Source of the DNA: Octopus bimaculoides | Taxonomy: Eukaryota | Assembly (NCBI RefSeq): GCF_001194135.2 | Contig: NC_068984.1 | Coordinates: 126,460,824 to 126,524,823, forward strand | Length of the DNA stretch: 64,000 nucleotides | Reading direction: 5' to 3' | Shown here: positions 11,826 to 23,217 of the stretch, one piece after another | Position numbering within the stretch: the first letter of the stretch is position 1 | Layout: each line of letters starts with the position of its first letter | Made by a program: the position numbers and the translations under genes | The notes under the pieces: model-generated | The model's database searches: none | What the model was told of the DNA's origin: nothing | What the model saw: the letters and a program-made list of their open reading frames with translations, nothing else

Positions 11826-12049
11826 TTTTTAACTGTGGAACTCAAAGTAGGTAAAGTTATGAATAATATTGGGCTAAAAATCTTTAAGATAGAAAAAGTT
11901 GAAGGTTGCCTGTGGGACATGAACTTACATCTTCTGTAAACATGACAAACCACAGGCAGCCGTTGAATTTTTTTGTTTGAAGAGTTTTAACCCAATATTT
12001 ACTTGCTATAATTTAAAGCTTTATCTACTTTGAGTTTCACAGTTAAAAA
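11826..12049. mobile_element. Palindromic foldback/MITE-like element (~224 bp)
   Basis: tttttaactgtggaactcaaagtaggtaaag pairs with ctttatctactttgagtttcacagttaaaaa; aatattgggctaaaa with ttttaacccaatatt; ggttgcctgtgg with ccacaggcagcc; 34-nt spacer. Confidence 0.8.
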
Positions 12050-12473
12050 TGAGTTATATTTAGTATGGTTCTTCTGAGTTCAAATCCTGCTAAGGTTGAC
12101 TTTGCATTTCATTCTTCTAAGTTTGATGAAATCAGTACCAGTTGAGTATTGGCTCATCTGACTGAATCAATTATATCCATCCATTCCAACAAATTTTAGT
12201 CCTTGGCTTTAAGTTAGAAACCAGTATTTATATTTACACCACTTTACAGTTGGTTTGTTTACCAAGTCTTATTCCTGATATGTACATGGTTCCAGACTAG
12301 ATTTAAACTAGGAAATAAGAATAAAAACTCTTGAAAATAATCAGTGATAGAACTGATCAAAATGTAGTTTAGAAATAAATACTTTAAATAGACAGTCTGA
12401 AGATGAGTTAGATATTCGAGATGAAAATAGTTTTCATGATTTCAAATGTAGTCTGTAAGGCCAAACATTGTAA

Positions 12474-12666
12474 CCTTTTTGATACAAATCTGTCTGAGAT
12501 ATGATCCAAATTTTCTGTTTTAAAGTGATCTAAATTAAAACCTTCCATCACAATTTCATGTTAATTTATGTTTCAAACACCAATTTAGTAATGACAAATT
12601 TATTTTACTAAATTCTTCCTTATTTTCAATATCAATTTAAATGATTCAAATATAGTAGCAAAAGGA
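12474..12666. mobile_element. piggyBac-like MITE, family 2, diverged copy
   Basis: Homologous to 51015-51245 and ends ..gcaaaagga-TTAA; another fragment at 34750-34870. Confidence 0.6.
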
Positions 12667-13284
12667 TTAAGGATGGGTTATAATTGATTATGACAACCCA
12701 GTACTTTGTCGTACTTTACTGACACTTATTAACACTTGTGGGGGTTGAACTCAGAACGTAATGACTTGTAACTAAATATTGCAATGACATTTTTGGTATA
12801 GTATTTCCTCTGAGTGTCTAAACTCATTTGATCAAATTCAGAATTGAATTATTAACATGGCGAGTCCACATCTTTCTATTATATTGAAATCTTTGGCTCA
12901 TCATTGAAATGTATCTTCGTTGTGTCTTTTGTTTAAGTATTTCCATAGTCATTGCTTTAATAAACACTCTGGTCTCATACTCTCTTTAAATGTGCCATCC
13001 ATTTCTTTTCCCAGGTTCATCATTTTTCTGTAGAACTTAGTCTTAAGTCCTTTTATTCTAATAACTTCTTTCCTTGAACTGTTGCTTCATGGAACTCATT
13101 ACTATCATCTTGTTTATCTTTGAACTATTCACTCATTCAAGCTTTCTGTCAATCAACATTTTTGAATTTGTAGGCCATTTCCTTTCTTTCTTTGTAGTTC
13201 CTTACATTGCAGTGACCTCAAGCCTTGTCTAAGACAAAATCATATAAAACAAAATGTGGTTTAAACATTACAAGGAGGCCATTG

Positions 13285-13480
13285 TTGTTGTTTAGCTACA
13301 TGACAGCTCTGATATGGCAGACCTGTGATCAAAGATGTTTCATTGATAACAATTCCATCTTTTATTCAAACATAGCATACTTGATTTAATATCTTCTTAT
13401 TATATATATATATATTTTCTTTTTGAAGATAACAGATAGAATGAGATTTGAGGAAGCTCTGGCTATTTCTAGCTGGTTAT
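13285..13480 (-). mobile_element. Repeat family F (retroposon 3' end ending (aac)n)
   Basis: Reverse complement of 55585-55776; other copies at 7900-8060, 30215-30330, 36245-36425, 37820-37900, 55880-55960 and 61125-61290. Confidence 0.65.
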
Positions 13481-14028
13481 ATAACTATATTGAATAATCA
13501 CCTAGAGGCTTTCTCAATGGCATGACAATGAGCTTGCTGTTTGGAGATGGTAAGACAGGTCATGTATTTTTATAGTAGATTAATATTCCTCACGGCTGCT
13601 ACAATACTTACCAAACTTACTATTCTAGCTACTAATTAATTCATTGATTAACTTATATGGAGGTTTTGTGTCTGGAAATTCCATAAGAGAACAACGATAT
13701 CATTGTAGTTTGATGTTGATCATTTCCTGGAGTGCAGGTGAGAAAGAAACAAGACCTTTCTTATAGAGGCAGGTTTTCACTTTCAGACTCAAATTTCTCT
13801 CTGGTGCTTCGGATGGAATGGTAATAGCTTGTCAGGGGTGTAGGGTAGATTTCATAATACAGGAGAGAATGGGGGAGGAAGGGGTAAATGTGAGGGAATT
13901 GGAGGAGGGGGTTTCGACTAGAATGAACACAAGCAATACAGGATTAACCATTCTTTTAGTCTTATCTAAATATAAGAATTGGAGAGAAGAGAAAATTATT
14001 TTTCTCTCAGTGTCATAAACTTTCACAG

Positions 14029-14061
<33 letters not shown>

Positions 14062-14319
14062 GTATGTATGCATGTGTATGTGCATGTATGTAAACATATT
14101 TAAATATATGTGTATAGAAATGTGTATGGTTGTATATATATTTATAAATCTAATCATATGTATATATGTGTCTATAAAATACCTATAAATACACAAACTT
14201 NNNNNNNNNNATATATATATATATATATATAATGCTTATCTATCTGTCTGTCTGTCTGCCAGTCTCTGTGTGAGTGCGTATGTATGTGTGTATGTATATT
14301 TCAAGTGATGCATACGCAC

Positions 14320-14365
<46 letters not shown>

Positions 14366-15454
14366 ACTCTCTTATATATATATATGTGGGTGTGTATATT
14401 TTAAGTAGTGCCTGTATTGTTGATATATTATGGCTTGCCGTTCTCAACTATGGCAGCAGTAATGGCGCCAGAATAATCAATAATGTTCCAATAATGGTAG
14501 GTTAAGGCAGAAATAACATAGGAACCGAGCAGAAGAAAATCAGGGAGGGCGGAGGGTGGAACACAATCCAAAAAATAAATAAATAAATAAACATGTAAAA
14601 AAAAAGAACAAAAACAAAAACAAAACCACTGCCGATAAAACAAGCTACATAAGTTGAAATCTTTGAGGAGCTGATGGAAAGAATCTGGGAAGTAAAAGAC
14701 AGAAAGAAAGAGTAGGAATGAAATATGGCAGGGATGTTGTGAGGTGGTGGTGATGGTGGTGGTGGTGGTGAGATGTGGTGGCAGTGGAAGAATGTTTCCT
14801 TTTGCAACATCTTGAATAATTCCAAGACAGGTTGGAATGCATGGAAACTTGTTGAGCTCGACTTGTTTGAATGAAGATCTGGGAGAAAGCAATTTTGCTA
14901 CCGATTGTTTGCTGAACGAAGAAGAATCTGTGTGACAAGAATATTGGTTTTGTTTTTGTTCTTCATTCTTCTGACATATTTTCCTCCTTCAGGCGGTGAT
15001 AATGGTCCTCCACAGTTGCTAGAGATGTTCCATGTTCTGTGATGATGAAAACTGTGGTGGAGATGGTGGTGGAGGTGGTAGAGATAGTGAATATGTCTTC
15101 TCTTTAATATTTACTCGGCAATACAGACATACAATGTCATTTCCAGGGATTCATTGAAACATAGTGTTGACTTAATTAGTTTTCATTCAGTTCTTTTAAT
15201 CCATTTTTCTTTCATGTTTTTTTTTTTTGAAGTATTATTTTTGCCAATGTTTCATACTTTTCCCATTCTCATTCTGTACTCCTTTACACTTCCATTTTTT
15301 CACAGCTTTACACCTAAACAGCTTCAAATTTTGGTAGTTTATCCCTTCATAACTTCTTTCTATAACATCTCTACTGTTTCCCAAAACTTACCCTTCACAA
15401 CTTTCTTCCTTCTCTCAACTTGGCTCCCCCTCTTCACATTTTCACTCCTTCACA

Positions 15455-15900
15455 TCTTTTACTTGTTTCAGTCATTAGACTATGGCCATGCTGGGGCACC
15501 ACCTTGAAGGACTTTTAGTTGAATGAATTGATCCCAGTACTTATTTTTAAAAATCTTGATACTTATTCTGTTAGTCTCTTTTACCAAACCACTAAGTTAC
15601 AGGGATGTAACCATACAAACACTGATTGTCAAGCAGTGGTGGGAGGGGACACGGACACACACACTCACACACACACACGACAGAGATCTATACCTTCCAC
15701 CCTCACCTTGTACAAATGTTAAAATTTTTTATATTAGGTGCAGGTGTGGCTCTTCGGTGAGCAGTTTGCTTCCCAACCACATGGTTCTGGGCTCAGTCTC
15801 ACAGCATGTCACCTTGGGTAAGTGTTTTCTACTATTGCCTCAGGCTGACCACAGCCTTGTGAGTGAATTTGGCACATGAAAACTGAAAGAAACCTGTCAT
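15455..15900. mobile_element. Two abutting family A SINE pieces in opposite orientation
   Basis: 15455-15670 is the reverse complement of the 3' half; 15740-15900 is a + strand head (ggctcttcggtgagcagtttgcttcccaaccacatgg). Confidence 0.75.
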
Positions 15901-15904
15901 GTAC

Positions 15905-15939
<35 letters not shown>

Positions 15940-15944
15940 AAAGA

Positions 15945-16030
15945 CTTTTTCATTTTCCCTGAGCATCAAACTAATACACCTGCCTGTTGTTCATACACTT
16001 GTCTTCGTCTTTTCTTTTTCTATAAATTTC

Positions 16031-16035
<5 letters not shown>
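15945..16035 (+). mobile_element. Penelope-like terminal fragment
   Basis: aaagacttt..aaactaatacacctgcctgttgttcatacacttgtcttcgtc matches 19408-19500; both flanks are (TA)n. Confidence 0.6.
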
Positions 16036-16084
<49 letters not shown>

Positions 16085-16289
16085 AGAAGAAAAAAGGATT
16101 AAAAAAGGTAGATATCAATAAAGCACTTGGGGTTAAACAAATTTGGTTAACTATATTCAACAATCAGTAAATGTAAGTAGAATACAACATCCGAGGTAAT
16201 TCTTCATGTAAGACAGGTAGATCCAAATATTGTTTAGAAAAATTTCAAGAAATTCAGAGTATTAAGCAACAAAAATATGTATAGAGAAA

Positions 16290-16610
16290 ATCACTTAGTT
16301 GAATGAATTGACCCTAGTACTTATTTTTTTTTAAGCCTGGTACTTATTCTATCAGTCTCTTTTTGCCAAGCTGCTAAGTTACATGTAAACACACCAGCAC
16401 CAGTTGTCAAGCAGTAGTAGGGGGGAGGGGCAAACACACACACACACACACATGATGGACTTCTTTCAGTTTCCGTTTACTAAATTTATTTACAAGGCTT
16501 TGATTGGCCCAAGGCTATAGTAGAAAACATTTGCCTAAGGTTCCACACTGTGGGACCAAACCCGGAACCATGTGGTTGGGAAGCTTGCTTCTTATCACAC
16601 AGCCTCATCC
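16290..16610 (-). mobile_element. SINE family A
   Basis: Reverse-complement family A body with internal (CA)n and head ending ..cacacagcc. Confidence 0.8.
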
Positions 16611-17933
16611 TGCACGCCATAATTACATCTTTAATATTTTATGTTTCTTCTGTATTGTCCCACAACTGAATACATGCCAATACTACTAATGGTAAGTTTT
16701 GTATTTGAATATCAAACTTAGCAAATTATACAGAATACTTCCACAGCAATATGATTTTATGAGAACAATGAATAATGAAGTATAAATGCTAATTTCACTA
16801 TTACCTTTCCTCCAATACACAAGAGAGCTAGAGTCAGCACCAATGCACACAACCACATTCATCTACATTTCACATTACCTTCACCTTTCACGAAACCCTC
16901 CAGTGGTTCACTCCATCCAATTGTCTAATCAGAATACCAAACCACTGTTGTTGTATAGTATACTATAAATTCATCTGTATTATGTATTATATAATGAAAA
17001 CTGAATAAAATATGACTGTATAATTATAATAAAGAAAGAAACAAATTTTTATTGATAAAATGTGGACAAAGGATAGCTAATAATAAATGTCTCTGTTCGT
17101 AGATATTGAACGTATGAAAAAAACAAACTGGGAATTAAAAAGTAACTATATGCCATACCCCTGCATATACCATGTTCTTATTTTCATTACTGATCACAAT
17201 GGAAAACAGTGAAAAACATTTGCACAACTCTTACGGTTCTAATGCTCAATATTTCCTACTGAAACTTGTGGTAATGTTTGGGAAACTGAATTGATAATTA
17301 AGTTATTTTAAAATATTATAAACGTATTATAAACATTTCTAGGCTGTGTGGTTAAGGAACTCATTTTGCAATGACGTAGTTATAGGTTCAACCCCACTTT
17401 GTGGCAACTTTGTCAAGTGTCTTCTACTGTAGCACCAGGCCAACTAATGCCTTGTGAATGAATTTGGGATACAAAAACCATGTGGAAACGTATTGTAGTG
17501 CAGCTCTTGGCCTTGCCAGCTCTTGTTGAACCATCCAACCCATGCCAGCATGGAAAATAGACATTAGATAATGATGGTGGTAAGTGTGGAAATGAAATTT
17601 GCTTAGGGGATGCAAACCCAGTTTTTCAGGAGGGTATTCAAGTGTTTCTCTGCATCCCCTATTCCCAAGCTTATATGTGTGTGTGTGTGTGTGTGTATGT
17701 GTGTGTGTGTANNNNNNNNNNGTGTGTGTGTGTATGTGTGTGTGTGTATAAAATAACAAAAGTGGCTAGACACAATATAAAACCAAAAAGGAAAATTCAT
17801 TTGTCACTAATAGTGACTGAGGGTGCAGTGTAGCTCTTACATTGCTAGAAACAAAGGTCAAAGACCCTTATAGCCACTGAAAGCACATTGTCTATATATT
17901 GATAGGAGAGATAACTGCCCCACAGCAAGCGAG

Positions 17934-17973
<40 letters not shown>

Positions 17974-18260
17974 CTGTGGATGTGTAGTATAAAGTTTGCT
18001 TCCAAACCATGTGGTTCCAAGTTCAGACCCTCTGTATGGCACTTGGGCAAATGTCTTCTAGATGAGTGTCACTTCCATACATGTGGTATCATTCATTTCC
18101 AATTTTCTGTAAAAACTGTTCCAATCAGGGGACAGTATTACCTTACTTGGAAATAGATGAAGGTTGGCAACAGGAAGGGCATCCAGCTGTAGAAAATCTG
18201 TCACAACTTCTGACCAGCCCATGCAAGCTTGGAAAAGTAAATGTTAAAGCAATGAAGATG

Positions 18261-18292
<32 letters not shown>

Positions 18293-18510
18293 CACGTGCG
18301 CGTGTGTGTGCGTTTGTCCACCCCTACTACTTGACAATTGATGTTTATTTGTTTATATCCCCATGACTTAGCAGTTTAGCAAAAGAGGTCAATAGCATAG
18401 GTACCAGACTTAAAAACAAGTGCCTGGTCTATGTGTTCCACATAAACTCCCCAAGGTTGCCCCAGCATGGCCACACACAGATATACACGCGTTTATGAAT
18501 TTGTGCTGCA

Positions 18511-18557
18511 AGATTCCTGATGAGAAGCCATGTGTTGAAACAGATATTGTTGTATTT
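18511..18557 (+). ncRNA. Degenerate type-I hammerhead-like motif
   Basis: AGAUUC-CUGAUGA-GAAGCCAUGUGUU-GAAA-CAG AUA UUG-UU-GUAUUU: intact core, 4-bp helix III, helix I 5/6 paired, helix II weak. Confidence 0.4.
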
Positions 18558-18699
18558 CAGGATGATAGTTTTTTTGTTTTTTTTTGCGGTGCTCCAGCAA
18601 ATGACTGAAATAAGTAAAAAGAAAAAGAAAGATATGCACTATATTCATTCTTCACTCATTTATTACTGTTCTTATTCTAACTTATGTCCATTGTCTGGT

Positions 18700-18742
18700 C
18701 TGGAAATCTTTTGTCACACATCTGTGACTTCCTCAGTGACAC
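18700..18742 (-). ncRNA. Degenerate hammerhead-like motif (G12 to A)
   Basis: Minus strand CUGAGGA-A-GUCACA-GAUG-UGUGAC-AAAA: perfect 6-bp helix II; GAAA replaced by AAAA, as CpG decay of gacGAAA would give. Confidence 0.4.
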
Positions 18743-19005
18743 TTTCTGTCTTCCTGTGTGCTCATATAAATATAAGATCCAAGGATTGATGTGTTGAAAG
18801 AAAGTTAGCTTCAAGCAATCTGTAATAAATACAAAAAAACATCTTTCAGGGACGATAGTGGTTTATTGAGACAGAAGGTTGTGGATTTTTCCATATTGAT
18901 GTACAATAAACTGAAAAAAGTTCTTTTAATATTTCACAGCAGGCAACCAAGATTGCCGAGCATGCAGATAAGAATACAAAAGTTAAGGAAATGAGTAGTT
19001 AAGAT

Positions 19006-19095
19006 CTAGGCTACATATGTTTCATACTGAGTAGAACATTGGAAGTGGTAAATATCCAAGTGAGGTGTATACCACAGACTATTCATCAGGCCAAG
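19006..19095 (-). ncRNA. Type-I hammerhead ribozyme motif, left arm of foldback
   Basis: CUUGGC-CUGAUGA-[59-nt helix II region, base AUA/UAU]-GAAA-CAUAU-GUA-GCCUAG; palindromic helix III ACAUAUGU; helix I 5/6 paired. Confidence 0.65.
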
Positions 19096-19144
19096 GGTAT
19101 TTTGATTAAATGGTGTAAATGTCATTCCATTTAATCAAGATACT

Positions 19145-19234
19145 CTTGGCCTGATGAGTCACCTGCAGTATATACTTTGCTTGGATATTCACTACTTCAG
19201 AGGTTCTGCATGCTATGAAACATATGTAGACTGG
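19145..19234 (+). ncRNA. Type-I hammerhead ribozyme motif, right arm of foldback
   Basis: CUUGGC-CUGAUGA(19151-57)-[59 nt, including UGCAG/CUGCA]-GAAA(19217-20)-CAUAU-GUA(19226-28)-GACUGG; helix I 4/6 paired. Confidence 0.6.
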
Positions 19235-19262
19235 ACCTTATCTACTCCATTCCTTAACTCTC

Positions 19263-19499
19263 CTGTGTAATCCTTCTGTCCGTCATTCGCCATGATAGAT
19301 CGCTGACCACTACATTTATATTTTTTTTCTCCTTTTTTTTTTCTCCTTGTTTCTCTCCTTATTTCTTTCTGTGTTCCTTTCAGTTGAAGAGCGTAGCTCG
19401 AAACGTCAAAGACTTACTCTATTCCTGCGTGTTAAACTAATACATCCATTTGTTGTTTACACCACCTGTCTTCGTCTGTTGTTTTTTTCGTAAATTCTC

Positions 19500-19502
<3 letters not shown>
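19263..19502 (+). mobile_element. Penelope-like element terminal segment with a degenerate hammerhead (19377-19411)
   Basis: CUUU-CAGUUGAA-GAGC GUA GCUC-GAAA-C-GUC-AAAG, then a ..gtcttcgtc.. tail abutting (TA)n. The PLE assignment rests on the known PLE-hammerhead association. Confidence 0.6.
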
Positions 19503-19551
<49 letters not shown>

Positions 19552-19553
<2 letters not shown>

Positions 19554-19706
19554 GATGGGCTTCTCTCAGTTTCTGTCTACCAAATCCACTCACAAGGCTT
19601 TGGTCAACCCAAGGCTATAGTGGAAGAGACTTGCATAAGGTGCCGCACAGTGGGACTGAAGCCGGAACCATGTGGTTGGGAAGCAAGCTCTTAACACACA
19701 GCTACA
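19552..19706 (-). mobile_element. SINE family A, 5' half
   Basis: acgatgggcttctctcagtttc..gggactgaagccggaaccatgtggttgggaagc..cacacagct. Confidence 0.85.
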
Positions 19707-21013
19707 CAAAGAATTTTTTTTTTTAATAATCTACTGGCCTTCTCACATTGAAAGCTTTGCTCACAGGATCTTTGCCTATCAGAGAATGTGAACAAAGTCA
19801 CTGTTTTTCACTCAGGCAGTGTAAATGAAGACATATATGAAACTTCGTTCTCACACAAAAACACACCATTCATTCATCCATTTAGACACACATCAATATA
19901 TATATACATATATATATATATATATGTTGTTTTATGTTATCTTGCATGACATTATCCGGTGTAAATGTCACTCATTTAAAAACATTAGATTGAGATTCAA
20001 AGTGCAATGTGGTTGCTACTTCTATATTTCCTGCAAATTGTGTGGCCAAATGCATGGTCCTTCACCTGGGTAGTTAGTAGTGATGATAATCTGATAACGA
20101 ATAGCATGTTACAGGGCGTTTGGAAGTGAGTGAAGGAGGAGGTGGTGGCGGTGGGGAGGAGTCTTAAGACAGAAAGGGATGAAAGTGTCATTTATAATAC
20201 AGAAGAAACAGGTGAAGAGTATTATGATAGGAAAACATGATGATTATAACAATGCATGTTGGAGGAGATAAAGCTGATGATGAAGTTGATGATATTGATA
20301 ATAGCAATGATGATGACGCTGGTAATGGGGGGTAATGACATCATTAAATATATCAACGACAGGGTAATGCAAACAATATTGATGACAATCAGGTATATCA
20401 GTGCTTCTGATGTTAATGCATACACTTCCATCCCTCCTCCCACCGCCTCCACCACCACCACCACCACCACCACCACCACGTCATTTACCAGCCTCAAGTG
20501 TCACTTGCTCTCTGCAGCCTGATGTAATAACTGCAATGTCTTAAGAACAAACTGCATTCATTGCTCATTAGACAATTGATGCAATTCTTCTTTTGCCAAT
20601 GCATTCTACTTCAGCTACATTGCTCTGGCAATAATTGCATGTTCTGTTGCATCACTTACATGCACACAACCTCACACACACACACATGACTACATACACC
20701 TATAAATTTTATNNNNNNNNNNNNNNNNNNNNNNNNNNNNNNNNNNNNNNNNNNNNNNNNNNNNNNNNNNNNNNNNNNNNNNNNNNNNNNNNNNNNNNNN
20801 NNNNNNNNNNNNATATATATATATATATACACATCCACACACTTACATGAATACATTTTTGGGAGAATATGTATTGGAGCGTAATGAAATTTATTGAGTT
20901 CTAAACAAATGGTTACATGTAGTTCCTCGTAAATACATGCACAAAAGAATAACCCTCCCCACATTCACACACATGCATATTTGTATGTATGTATATGTGT
21001 GCATATCTATCTA

Positions 21014-21055
<42 letters not shown>

Positions 21056-21159
21056 ATATATATATATATATGTAACCTTACATATCAATATATGCACACA
21101 CAGATATACATGTAATGGAATCTTAGACTATCCAAGAAGGTAAGTTAAATATGTAATAG

Positions 21160-21624
21160 ATTCACTGGAGCAGTACATATTAGGAGCATACAGGAAATAG
21201 TTTCTCTCAAATGCCCAGGTGGCTCACTAGAAGTAGTTGATAGCTTTTGTTACCTAGAAGATGCAATTAGCAAGGGAGGTGGTTGTTCTGAAAGTATGTG
21301 TAGTAGCTAAAGTAAGAAAGGGTTAGAGAAAGTTCAGAGAGCTATTACTACTGCTCATGACAAAGGTCTTTTCCCTTAGAATGAAGGGCAGATTGGATGT
21401 CACTTGTGTTAGAACTGCAATAGTGAGACATGGGCCTTGAATGCAGAGGACTTAAGAAGAGTGAAAAGAAATGAAGCAAACATGGTCTGTTGGATGTGCG
21501 ATGTAAGTCTGCATGAAAGACATAGTACAGTGGTGCTGAGTGAAAAACTTGGTATAAGAGGAATCAGATTTGGTGTGCAAGAAAGAAGACTGTGCTGGTA
21601 TGGGCATGTGCTATGTATGGATGT
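21160..21624 (+). mobile_element. Decayed RTE-clade LINE ORF2 fragment
   Basis: LKCPGGSLEVVDSFCYL..SETWALNAEDLRRVKRNEANMVCWMCDVSL..QERRLCWYGHVLCM (includes ORF 21437-21709). Confidence 0.9.
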
Positions 21625-22555
21625 GGCTTCTACAGAGCCAGATCCACTAGAGACCTATTCTCTTATGTCATGCATCAGTGGGTTTGGTTCACTCTTTAGA
21701 GAAGTTTGAAACCAATGCTATTGCCCAATGCATCAACAAAGCATCTGATTGACTCTGGTATGCAAATAAATCTATCAAAACTTCTCATTTTTAGGTTTTA
21801 CTCATCTCTTATCTTTTGGATCAGTAGCTTCCTACTTGATTACATCATCATGACATGCATTTATGGAGGTCTTTCCCCACCATTTTTGATCAGTTGTGTT
21901 ATCCCCTAGAGTTTATTTCCTTCTTCCTTCTATACATCAATGGCATTCTTGCAGCCACAGCCAAAAGTACACATTCATACTCAAATGAAACAACCCTTTA
22001 TTCCTCCCTAATTTTCTCCAAACAATGCATTATTCACTTGCAGACTAGACACCATATACCAAGCCTACATTGATTCCATAAACAAAGACCTTGACAGCGT
22101 CCTCCAGAGGGTCCAAGCCAACCTTGTTTTTTTACAACAGCCAAAAAAACTCAAGCACTACTTATATAATGAAAACACCAACACACCACATCAATCATTT
22201 AGAGCCTTCATAGTCACTTCAACTGGTGGGCTTCCTTATTATCAAGAATCTATCCTGATGAAAGTTCATCCTTAGTATAGCTAAGACTAAGTCCTAAAGA
22301 CAGGCCCTTCTCTTCAGTGCAAGAAAATATTTCAGTCTTTAACAGATGCTGACATTCTACATGGTTCAAATGGGACCCATGATGTAGTATTGCTCCTACA
22401 TCTGGGGCAGTGCTGCTGCTATGCACACAGATATCCTGAATCACATCTGGAGAAGGACCACTATACTGACTGGCATTTAATCACTAAGGGAAACAATCTA
22501 TGTTCTTACCCACAGGCTTGTGTTCCTCTCTGCAATATTCTGGCATAGATTTTAA
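21625..22555 (+). mobile_element. Decayed CR1/L2-type LINE reverse-transcriptase fragment
   Basis: GFYRARSTRDLFSYV, SSLIFWISSFLLD, FLLYINGILAATAKSTHSYSNETTL (YADD-equivalent), NKDLDSV, RKYFS..YCSYIWGSAAA; multiple stops and frameshifts. Confidence 0.82.
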
Positions 22556-23019
22556 CCATGATTGGCTAAACTAAACTAAAAGCTAAAAAAACAAAAAATA
22601 ATAAGTCTTTATTTGATGTCTAAAATGAACTAAACAACTAAAAAATGCATATATAAAATATAAATATATATTATATATAAATGCACATATAAGTAATATA
22701 ATTATATATTGTGCATGTACATATATGACTGTGTGTGTTTTTGTTGTGTGTGTATGTTTTCATGCTTGAGTGTATGTATGTATATGAAATAAAACCACTG
22801 ACTGTACCATCTAATATATCGAAGAAATTATTAGTGTCTTGTATGCAGAAGACCCCTATTGCTGTCTGCAAGCCAAGTTATAAAAGCAAAAATATGTATG
22901 ATAAAAATTTGCATATAATGAAATTCATAAAATATCGTATCTTAATTTACAAATGTTACTAACCTGTCTTTTGTTTTAGACCATCTTTAGTTTCCTCAGA
23001 CACCAGTTATTACCTTATG

Positions 23020-23066
<47 letters not shown>

Positions 23067-23217
23067 ACACACACTATATATGATATATATATATATATAT
23101 AAAGTACACACACATATAATTCTTTAACCTATGTTCAGTCTATTTTTGTCCTGAACATACTAGACCATCACTACAATTTCAGTCAGTATTTTATTAAAAC
23201 TGTTTATATACAAGCAT

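Larger units (their letters stand above)
18981..19259. repeat. 279-bp foldback: 132-bp ungapped inverted arms, 13-nt loop
   Basis: 18982-19113 against the reverse complement of 19127-19258: 104/132 identical by hand alignment, no indels. Confidence 0.95.

Noticed and set aside
12390-12445. CUGAAGA-U-GAGU..AUUC-GAGA with a following hairpin
   Set aside because: GAAA is mutated, position 17 is G and there is no helix I.
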